A stretch of DNA of 64,000 bases from a virus. Taxonomy: Duplodnaviria; Caudoviricetes. The notes under the pieces are model-generated. The model was not told the origin of the DNA. It saw only the letters and a program-made list of their open reading frames with translations, and did no database searches. How positions within the stretch are numbered: the stretch's first letter is position 1; every line of letters begins with the position of its first letter. A program made the translations under genes and the position numbers. This document shows, piece by piece, positions 58,001 to 64,000 of the stretch. The stretch is from the IMG/VR virus record IMGVR_UViG_3300017585_000267, positions 41,239 to 105,238 of that record; one strand, given 5' to 3'.

Positions 58001-59770
58001 ACCGCCAGTGTGGAATCCTTGATTTCGAGGTATTTCAATGTACCGGACCTCAAAGTTGAAGTCGCGGTTACGGGAGAGGCGGGAAACAGGGACATAAACA
58101 TAAAGGTGTCCTCGGACGGCAACCACTTGGCAACGCTTACAACAAGCTATGCCCAGGATATGTCAGAGGCGGAGTTTGGTGCCTTTACTAGGGATCTCAT
58201 ACTTGATAGGGAAGGAAATGTGCGGCTGAACAAGGCATCTGGATATGAGCTGGTGAAGTGGCAAACCTCCTATCACCATGCAGGGACTGACAACAAGGCC
58301 GATGTGCGAGACCTTGAAGACCTCTTTGACGATGGGGTGCTCCAGATGCAGGTGTCCAAGCTCTCGTATCCTGCGAAGACCGTCTCAGCCCATGTGCTGG
58401 GTGGCAGGATGTCAGAGCTCTACAGCACCGAGGAGCCTTCCCAGAAGGTAACGACTGCAACGGACAGTACAGCCCCGACAGAGACAACCACGGCTTCAGG
58501 CACCACAGTGGATGCGGACACTGGGATGGCCTCGGAGAAAGCAGCTGCCACTGCACCAAGAAACACAACTCCAGCTGTCATAAGGAAGGCCATCGCCAGG
58601 ATTCTCCAGGATTCCAAGAACAGGAACCTTGTCGAGGGGGATGAGAGGCACTACATGGTAAACGGGCTTCTCTATTCCAGGGTCACTTCAATAAAGAGCG
58701 CATTGCCTGGAATGGAGGGGAGATTCGACCCTGCCAGTGCCTGGGGACTTCCCTCATCTAGGATTGGCAACTCCATAGATGAGTTCGGAAGGGACGTGTT
58801 CAACGGTGTGTTCGACTCCATGTCCGAGGAGGAACGCAAGGAAGCCTTTGGAGACTATGACAACTCGACCGTAGAGAACTATGAGAATGCCTATAGGGCC
58901 TTCAAGGCTTTTGAGGCGAGGCTTGCCGAAAAGGGGCAGACGATAATCAAGACTGGCACCAGGGAAGACCCAGGCCACATAACAGCCGCCGGGGTACTCA
59001 ATGTCAAGGTGAACAACAATGGGGTTGTTGAAACGAGGCAGGTGAGGGTCGCAGGAACCCTTGACGTGCTGGCCCTAGACCAAAACGGCAACCTGCATAT
59101 CTATGACTTCAAGACCCACAGGAGTGCCTTCGATTCTAAGATAGCCGCCTCAAGGGGGTATGACAGGCAGCTCTCGATGTATGCCAAGTTCCTTGAGGAT
59201 GAATACGGGCTCAAGGTGGCCAGCATCAACATCATTCCCATACAGGCCTCATATCCAGCCCCTGATGGTATAGATGGGGGCAGAGCTGTATATAAGGAAT
59301 CTAGGCCTGGTGGAAACCAGCTGCTTGTAAAGGACAAGGATGCAAATGACAGTTCATTTGCTGAGTATAGGGGAGCTGGCTATCAGATAGGGAAAGAGTT
59401 CTCACTGAGCAGGCTCAGTGGGGAATCGCTTACGGCAAGTTTTGAAAAGATGACTGAAGATGAAAAGGCCTCCATGGTCGAGGCTATCCAGGATCAAAGT
59501 GAAGTGCCTGCCGAGGAAGTGCAGACCAGCGACGCCATAGTCTCCTCGGATGTACCCACAACAGTAGAGGCCGTCTCAATTGATCCGGTCACTAACTCTG
59601 AGACTCTCAATAAGGATCATGACGCGATATCCGGTGTCGAGGATTGGGATGGGGGTCCACAGGATTCTGTCCCAAGTACACCGACGGAACTTTCAGACGA
59701 CCTTACCCATGCAAGGGGGGATTCCACGGAAATAGAGGAACACTCAAAAGACTGTGGAGGCAAGAGGTAA
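52019..59770 (+). CDS. Giant virion cargo protein with C-terminal PD-(D/E)XK nuclease-like domain
   Basis: 2583 aa; GEGLEEYVQ, hydrophobic Gly/Ala segments; RVTS...IGNSID...AGTLDVL...IYDFKT...QLSMYAKFL. Confidence 0.75.
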   Translation: MSIWKDFWGSVVNASANTVLNPPESRDFYTEYSKAKTAKEDERSQRQNELGVDEWTPYYFKGLSGLSSKQREKWEQDNLDYINGLKVKHPMASDDELEAYKNNRFKNDILRKSKSPIVQGIFKDGNLTDQEWETLDDNISRAALENDLDGLSDDRDSYKDSWWKHAGDVYLGENIKSSLRDGAREYLRGSQNPEEITNQVYAWETDPLKKQEAVEAFDSLSSSLSQDYDMMANPDKYKAIQNYGRFKDTEALRMSSQEKETLLAEYMANVRRGGEKYANEELVNVFKDKMEASQSKLDVALNAGSMFIDNFASMAIGTVGIMDGLLTGGSLGRAIMGEDEEDAQRREGQGYLQGIFDNPLVQYSSGIMESHVYDMDAQKVFKELGITDNQLYEKASEEGKLFNSKTLPNLLGQYGFTAASTALSMGGTAAAQGAIKGGLWAAKALGMAKNATTWNKALRTAAKSKDMLNLVNGGIVATTEGAQIAQLDKVEKYEAMTEDMYKKYIDRTVEESPAVASQILIDRYAQENPEMAGMIPQGSLMMDPETGKAVQVFSEEDKERLKDFIGQDKEVKDYILGQYTAAHKDEVANDINNIRDIAEDGALADFAFQSAINGAVNMGLKATLHSKGVQKALQRTGLKKAPAARYADNVDVSKDASGNWVATAKKASRGALVKERLKESWGEGLEEYVQDVGSGFGSGYTDVAYEQYLNSKYGDEKGVNAAVEYSFIDALSGALTQGMEKAVAWDSVKDGILGGLSSLIGGFNVNQNFRPRSSGTTEGQNWFEKLSSRSPIVWRGALSPLINGTDAKLRQSYNDRVAEELNKFFNDKDVQEKLLNTESAMSFLRDYQDALDGKDELKARDAEFGQQFSVLNTLNALKGTAYYDAVMTSLDMREAVGKLTDDQIKEQLQDSNSDASVMLRGFKTEWANMTGTQDDRDFSPSDDNVALVRKAAKNATDFKNFMKDADEVREQVQRDFGDELDDDGLAAMMFQRLAIRNMDTRIEQLDNKFRKIRTFDPKKKKDHVLEDIALYGSVATAKTEKEELDKKIEKAKKNLADREKETIKILEKNDPDFKKSTDRKQKDIKKAIRKMANSDIELSEEDQKTLASYFALTEDIPVDERRSGELASAITRMGKAETPVLTWEQIISLSPRARAFMLNPANAKKYSKEQQEVIEDLNRDGAAIFGSAKLWRSSLNDRARLEMKRELNMRKENQLLESTSALSDFLNNVRNEKAVRTRTAQYEYLFKDANTAILEARKNGVEDAAGNEQLEKLADWLFSESDDGLTGVVKGRLFAKYEDSAAIEALLERAERLGELSDFLKMTDLVSHTSMQQTGETTTNEETGEVEPISQLVTTEYSLTDSDRKLLDYAIEYAARKGITMDNLAEAMTSQKFADFVAERNKKEANGGIVFDADYAKALVQDVVEGFNADRNASTEVTKPKEATAAPQSVSEKPVEPTGTANTREEERRPDEVDPKDPFGLKKGKPSASGQTTPPASSSTATTTTKASSTITAQGTASTETPAQTGTEEPIVASVRNSRILENARLLNGSIEGGVRSMLEELDRMQMDESTRNKLKDIIEAYLQSEVIPNVKSLQAKVLSDALTANRAAYPQIDVKATALASRNFDKQEAQQPKAETSSTTSPKAESPITAPIPMRLDSIDLDFFLTNPRYQSWADYIRRHNMVPFLQKFQALWNQDYRNAQSMKNTQVAFIYEPSLEGAIASAMGESGATYTVEMDAPVVMAIEINDYNRHLVDNPDQLIAVTDNADNKVHYYQPIGIMPSSNNQRIPTAGRMLALRRQIRRSSESSLIKYDNGATIKTNLAAIHSATDEESIPRSTEDTPKSDASELMAKNALSVAESFVGATAEEMDEYKRAEASGDKVALRKTKLWAKMKKAFVKRLRKHKPEEGGRSYLVFDIQKGTHDVYPKVVLTKAIGETMDRNSGRTIVELLRGFDGSVEYGREIVESNSRFKGLFKTLKALRLDKDPVRNISEYTASVESLISRYFNVPDLKVEVAVTGEAGNRDINIKVSSDGNHLATLTTSYAQDMSEAEFGAFTRDLILDREGNVRLNKASGYELVKWQTSYHHAGTDNKADVRDLEDLFDDGVLQMQVSKLSYPAKTVSAHVLGGRMSELYSTEEPSQKVTTATDSTAPTETTTASGTTVDADTGMASEKAAATAPRNTTPAVIRKAIARILQDSKNRNLVEGDERHYMVNGLLYSRVTSIKSALPGMEGRFDPASAWGLPSSRIGNSIDEFGRDVFNGVFDSMSEEERKEAFGDYDNSTVENYENAYRAFKAFEARLAEKGQTIIKTGTREDPGHITAAGVLNVKVNNNGVVETRQVRVAGTLDVLALDQNGNLHIYDFKTHRSAFDSKIAASRGYDRQLSMYAKFLEDEYGLKVASINIIPIQASYPAPDGIDGGRAVYKESRPGGNQLLVKDKDANDSSFAEYRGAGYQIGKEFSLSRLSGESLTASFEKMTEDEKASMVEAIQDQSEVPAEEVQTSDAIVSSDVPTTVEAVSIDPVTNSETLNKDHDAISGVEDWDGGPQDSVPSTPTELSDDLTHARGDSTEIEEHSKDCGGKR

Positions 59771-59786
59771 GTACCATGCTTACGGA

Positions 59787-59816
59787 TAAAGGAGGCCAAC
59801 AGCCTCCTTTATTTTA
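59787..59816. terminator. Bidirectional intrinsic terminator
   Basis: TAAAGGAGGC-CAACA-GCCTCCTTTA between convergent genes. Confidence 0.75.
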
Positions 59817-60245
59817 TTCTATACTTCCGATCCCTATCTTCCGCCTGCAACAGTCGCAGAGGAACCTCTTGGCCACTGGAAACATTTTCCTGCCTATCTC
59901 GCCCGTAAGGTATTGGTACTCTTCCCCGAATGGGTCGATTCCAAAGGTCTCGGCTATGTGCATCGCAAGGTGTCCCTTTTCATGGTCAAAGGTTGACTGG
60001 AACTCCTCTGCGGAAGTAGTCGGACCGATTACCATTACAGACTGTCTACTACTGGGATTGGAATACGTGAACCCTGCATTGTAGCCGAATGATGAAAGGG
60101 CTTCCTTGAAATTATTCGCCTCCACTCCCCCGCACCCCACCTCCCGTAACTTGTCTGCGATGTCCTCTGCGTCGATACTGGCAATGGCGTAGTAGATATA
60201 TGCGGTCCAGCCATACTTTCCCAGATGGACTTCCTGTAGGATCAT
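59814..60245 (-). CDS. HExxH zincin-like protein
   Basis: NAGFTYSN, FDHEKGHLAMH, EEYQYLTG. Confidence 0.7.
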   Translation of the reverse strand: MILQEVHLGKYGWTAYIYYAIASIDAEDIADKLREVGCGGVEANNFKEALSSFGYNAGFTYSNPSSRQSVMVIGPTTSAEEFQSTFDHEKGHLAMHIAETFGIDPFGEEYQYLTGEIGRKMFPVAKRFLCDCCRRKIGIGSIE

Positions 60246-60649
60246 ATCATGTCCTCCCAGACAATGGGCGTCCCGGATCCTATGCAGTCGGCATAGAACC
60301 TCGTGAAGGGCATCCCCTCGTATGCATCGGCGTCGTCTATGACATCCTTCACATACTTTGCGAGATGGGCCTCATCTGGGATGGAACTTCCCAGGAAGTC
60401 CGCCTTCGCCATGTTGGCCACATACACATGGTCATAGCCGACATTGCGTTCAAGCCTTACGTCACTCTTGCCCAGGAGACCTTCAAGCCCCTCCTTCGTA
60501 TATGGGGTTATGTACTCCTTGTTCTGTCCGATCTTCCTGTACATCATGGAGACGGCCCACTCGGCCATCTTCTTGCTGAAGTGCCAGCCATAGTAGCCCA
60601 GGTATTCCTTCATTCCCGATGGGAACGTGTCGTTGGTGTCAAGTCTCAT
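60242..60649 (-). CDS. Conserved hypothetical phage protein
   Basis: YGWHFSKKMAEWAVSMM, YVANMAKADFLGSSI. Confidence 0.75.
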   Translation of the reverse strand: MRLDTNDTFPSGMKEYLGYYGWHFSKKMAEWAVSMMYRKIGQNKEYITPYTKEGLEGLLGKSDVRLERNVGYDHVYVANMAKADFLGSSIPDEAHLAKYVKDVIDDADAYEGMPFTRFYADCIGSGTPIVWEDMI

Positions 60650-60707
60650 GTCTCTATAGTTCTAAAAGTAAAATGGGGAGGAAGCATCCCTCCTCCCCAT
60701 AGCTATA

Positions 60708-60917
60708 CTAGTACCTACGTTCGCCATAGTAGGACTTCGATTCCTTCATCGCCATCCTGTAGCCGTCTTCATAGCCACAGTCGTAGCCCTTTTCATAGGA
60801 ATCGTCCCTATAGCCCGTAATCCCACTGCGCTCACCGCGCCTTGTGGAGTATCTCTCCCCATACCTGGGGTCTTCGCGGGAGTACTGGTCTCCCTCCCTT
60901 ATTTCCCACATTTTCAT
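60708..60917 (-). CDS. Low-complexity Arg/Tyr/Gly/Glu-rich small protein
   Basis: YEKGYDCGYEDGYR, YGERRY. Confidence 0.65.
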   Translation of the reverse strand: MKMWEIREGDQYSREDPRYGERYSTRRGERSGITGYRDDSYEKGYDCGYEDGYRMAMKESKSYYGERRY

Positions 60918-61390
60918 ATCGTGTTCTCCTTTTTGAAATGTCCGAGCAGTTCGGCCAGGTTCTTCGATATGTCCAGGATTTGGGTCTTCATCTCCGCAAT
61001 CTCCTTCTTCTGCGTCTGCTGTTCGGCAAACTGGGGATTGAGGGTTCCCATCATCTCGTTACATGCCTGCACCACCTTTTGGTGGTATGGGATGTTGCCG
61101 AGTATCTGCTGGGAGTTCTTCATGAACCCCTCGACCTCGGAGAGCATGGCTTCCTTGGTCTCGGCCACAACAAGGCCGTTGCTGGTGGCTATGCTTCCCG
61201 CAGAGGGGAGTTTCTGGAACTGCATCTGATGCCCGTCGACTATGGCGGTCACGTCAACAGTGAACGTGTTGAACTGCCCAAAGCTTGGGGACGGGGCGGA
61301 CACGTTGACCACCTGGCCAACCTTGAGGGAGGGGGTCTCGCCCTTGTCGAGGATGTATATCGAATTGCTTTGCCTCAATGCACTAAACAT
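60914..61390 (-). CDS. Conserved hypothetical phage protein
   Basis: MFSALRQSNSIYILDK, LNPQFAEQ coiled coil. Confidence 0.75.
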   Translation of the reverse strand: MFSALRQSNSIYILDKGETPSLKVGQVVNVSAPSPSFGQFNTFTVDVTAIVDGHQMQFQKLPSAGSIATSNGLVVAETKEAMLSEVEGFMKNSQQILGNIPYHQKVVQACNEMMGTLNPQFAEQQTQKKEIAEMKTQILDISKNLAELLGHFKKENTI

Positions 61391-61416
61391 GGTTTTTAAT
61401 TTTACTTGTCAATTGA

Positions 61417-61758
61417 TTAAGCCACTCCAGTGAGCAGCGCCAATTCCGCAGAGCTTGAGTTGCCATACGCGGCATGGATTCCCTCGGAGGTCAGGCTGGC
61501 CACCGTAAGCGCCGTGCCTGCATAATCCGTAAGGGGAACTTCCTTGCCATTTATCACCGCCACGAGGGGCAGCGTAGTGGTAGTGCCACTTGGGATGGCG
61601 GAAAGCTTGAACAGAATCAGCCCCGCAAAGGACTGGAGGAAGGGATATTCCTTGAACGTGAACCTTACGTTGGTGGTGCCGTTGACGGATACCGACTGGG
61701 ATTCAAGACAGGGAATGCCCCTCTTGTTGGTTACAAAATAAGGAAATCTCATGGCCAA
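61417..61758 (-). CDS. Beta-rich hypothetical protein
   Basis: NKRGIPCLES, IPSGTTTTLPLV. Confidence 0.7.
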   Translation of the reverse strand: MAMRFPYFVTNKRGIPCLESQSVSVNGTTNVRFTFKEYPFLQSFAGLILFKLSAIPSGTTTTLPLVAVINGKEVPLTDYAGTALTVASLTSEGIHAAYGNSSSAELALLTGVA

Positions 61759-61771
61759 TCCACTTTAGTCC

Positions 61772-62752
61772 CTAGCCCCAGGCCTGATTGCTGTACGGGT
61801 AGTATCCGGCGTAGCTGCCTGCATACGGGGTGTTGTTGACGGCCACAAGGTTGGGGTACTGTATGGGTACAGTGTTCGGAACCTTACCCGAGAGGGCGGT
61901 AATCTGATTCTGCAAGGAATTGAACGCCTCGGTGAAAGCCTTGGACTGGTTGTCGTTGCTGATTTGACCCCTGAGCAAGGTGATGGTGTCGGACTGCGTG
62001 TCAATCTTGGACTGGAGGTTCCTTTCCTTGGCCTCGCAGAACTCCTTGGTCATGTTGGTCTGAAGGTTACTGATGGCGTCCACTATCCTCTGCGTGTTCG
62101 CGGTGGCCCCATTCTGGAGGGTGTTGGTCTGCTGGCATACTGAGAGGTTCGTGGCCGCCCCTCCCATGTCGATGGAATGCTGGAGGTTCGATGTCCACAG
62201 CTGGGTGTTGTAGCCGTTCCTGTTGATTGCGTCGCTGAGGGTAGTCTGCGTACCATAGATGCTGGACTGGAGGGAGCTTGTCTGGTTTGCGATGGCGAGC
62301 TGGTTGTCGCAGCAGCACTTGCAAAGCTGCTGGGCAAGCGCCATGTCCCCGGACTGGATGGAGTTGATCACCTGCTGGCTGCTGAGGCCAACTTGGTTGC
62401 CAACTGAAAGCACTGAGGTCTGAAGTGCGCTGATACCTTGCTGGATCGCACTTGTGGAGGTGTTGAGCATGGAGGAGAGTTGGCTGATTGCGTTGGCGTT
62501 GCCTTGGATCGCGCTCATGAGGAGCTGCCTTCCAGCGTCATTGTTGACAGCTGAGTCCGTGCCGCCGCCGAGCCCGCCGAAGTTCCTGCCTATCACAGGA
62601 TAGAGGAAGAACAGGAAAAGCACCCAGAGCCAATTGCCGTTGCCTCCAAAGCCCCCGTTGTTCCCCAACATGGCAAGGAGGGCAGTCGGGTCGAGACCCT
62701 TGGAACCGCTCGCCGAGTCAAACACATAAGTTTTAGAAGTTTCTTCTGCCAT
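61772..62752 (-). CDS. Gly/Asn/Gln-rich protein with TM helix and CCC motif
   Basis: GGFGGNGNWLWVLFLFFL, QQLCKCCCD, CQQTNTLQ; promoter TACTTTTG at 62800-62807. Confidence 0.8.
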   Translation of the reverse strand: MAEETSKTYVFDSASGSKGLDPTALLAMLGNNGGFGGNGNWLWVLFLFFLYPVIGRNFGGLGGGTDSAVNNDAGRQLLMSAIQGNANAISQLSSMLNTSTSAIQQGISALQTSVLSVGNQVGLSSQQVINSIQSGDMALAQQLCKCCCDNQLAIANQTSSLQSSIYGTQTTLSDAINRNGYNTQLWTSNLQHSIDMGGAATNLSVCQQTNTLQNGATANTQRIVDAISNLQTNMTKEFCEAKERNLQSKIDTQSDTITLLRGQISNDNQSKAFTEAFNSLQNQITALSGKVPNTVPIQYPNLVAVNNTPYAGSYAGYYPYSNQAWG

Positions 62753-62898
62753 AACTTGGTTGATTAAAGAGTTGAACATTTGGTCGTAAGCTTACAAGGC
62801 AAAAGTACTCCCGTTCGCCCAAGGAAGACAACGTTGCCAGGAGAAAAAATAAAGGCCCCTGTAGATGGCTACAGAGGCGATATTCATTGAGGACGATG

Positions 62899-63186
62899 CT
62901 ACTTGCCCAGGTACTCGTTCAGTTCCCTCACGGTCCATGAGAGTTCCTTGAACCCAGGCCTCTTCCTTCCCCTCGGCAGCTTGCCCTCCCGCACAAGGTT
63001 GTCAAATGAGGCCCTGCTCATGTTGAGGTATGTATATGCCTGGTACTTGCTGATTGGTTCGTCCTTCCTGGTATATCTTCTAAGCGCGTCTATTATCTCG
63101 AGCTCCTCCTTCTCGTCTATGTTAGAGTTGCCAGTCTCAAGGTCGTCAACGATCTTTTTAAGTAGCTGTAGCAATATCTTCCTCAT
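62899..63186 (-). CDS. Excisionase/AlpA-like HTH protein
   Basis: SKYQAYTYLNMSRASFDNLVREGKLPRGRK..GFKELSW. Confidence 0.75.
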   Translation of the reverse strand: MRKILLQLLKKIVDDLETGNSNIDEKEELEIIDALRRYTRKDEPISKYQAYTYLNMSRASFDNLVREGKLPRGRKRPGFKELSWTVRELNEYLGK

Positions 63187-63565
63187 CTCTCTTCAGTTTC
63201 ATGTGTACAATCAGTATGGCCGTAAGGAACAGGAAGGCCCCCATGCAGTGCAACCCAAGCAGCTGTAAGCCCTTGAGGGACAGTCCCACCTTCATGTCCA
63301 TGTAGTTTATGGCATCTACGGCAACGCAATAATATAGGTACATCCTGTGACAGGGACAGAACTGGAATACCAGGGAGGACATTACTAGGAACAGGGTGGG
63401 CAGCAGTGACATTCCCCCGAGGAAACTGAGCATGGGTATGCTGCGACCCAGGCAGGAGGCCACCGTATTGATGAAATACAAGGTGGCCAATGTCATGGGC
63501 AGTACCCTGAGGATTCTTATTTCAGCTTTGTAGAGGTCACTTCTTGAGCGGGCCACCGCAACCAT
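63158..63565 (-). CDS. Multi-pass membrane protein
   Basis: Several TM segments, FQFCPCHRM. Confidence 0.7.
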   Translation of the reverse strand: MVAVARSRSDLYKAEIRILRVLPMTLATLYFINTVASCLGRSIPMLSFLGGMSLLPTLFLVMSSLVFQFCPCHRMYLYYCVAVDAINYMDMKVGLSLKGLQLLGLHCMGAFLFLTAILIVHMKLKRDEEDIATAT

Positions 63566-63731
63566 ACCTGCTGTGACTGCCAGTGCCGGCCTTGGGCATC
63601 ATTGGGGATACCCTGGGGGTCTTAGGCTGTTGGGGCTTGCCTGAAGTCTTGCTGGATGGTTTGCTCGTAGTCTTGCCGGCTGACTTGCTGGCAGTCTTGG
63701 GGTTGCTCTTGGATTTGTTCTTCTTAGCCAT
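63537..63731 (-). CDS. Small basic protein ending in YGCGG motif
   Basis: Promoter TATATTTG at 63755-63762. Confidence 0.6.
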   Translation of the reverse strand: MAKKNKSKSNPKTASKSAGKTTSKPSSKTSGKPQQPKTPRVSPMMPKAGTGSHSRYGCGGPLKK

Positions 63732-63907
63732 AACTTACTCTGTCTATTGCCGTACAAATATAAGAATTATTTCAAAACGGCAGTCACCGAACTTAATTTG
63801 TTAAATTCTTTCATTAAGAAGTATAAGGGGATTCATTTATTGAGATCAGATGCTCCGGAAACCTGTTATCTTTGTGCAGGCTAATAGAGGCTCAAAGTAT
63901 TGAGGAC

Positions 63908-64000
63908 ATGATAGTAATCGATCAACTGAGAATATCGGACAACGGCAGGTTAATGTGTCTGGATGCGCACATAAACAAGGCCAGCTACTTCGATAACTGC
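63908..64000 (+). CDS. Start of a crAss structural (tail hub-like) protein, truncated by window
   Basis: MIVIDQLRISDNGRLMCLDAHINKASYF; promoter TATCTTTG at 63867. Confidence 0.5.
   Translation, partial: MIVIDQLRISDNGRLMCLDAHINKASYFDNC

Noticed and set aside
1-64000. Stop-codon reassignment as in some crAss-like phages
   Set aside because: Core genes are full length in code 11 and end in TAG (portal, MCP) or TGA (terL)

Overview
A 64-kb segment of a crAss-like (Crassvirales) phage of a Bacteroidota host; from memory, the major capsid protein resembles the crAss001/Steigviridae type. It uses the standard genetic code, is fairly GC-rich, and strongly prefers AGG for Arg. Left (minus strand): AAA ATPase, DnaB-like and SF2 helicases, tRNAs and an Rnl5-like RNA ligase. 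About 7.7-12.9 kb is a largely non-coding control region. It holds two promoter-driven structured ncRNA candidates sharing a 13-nt motif, four iteron-like repeats, a 14-copy palindromic array with mostly fixed-length (18/30 nt) unique spacers, a RepL-like gene and three paralogous 93-aa genes. Small early-type ORFs follow (12.9-16 kb). The plus-strand virion module contains portal, lysis genes, TerL with an Ala-start intein, scaffold, MCP, ring proteins, a muzzle gene split by an Ig-like-domain insertion, and three cargo proteins. A convergent cassette of unknown function lies at the right end. All calls come from reading motifs by eye; no searches were run.
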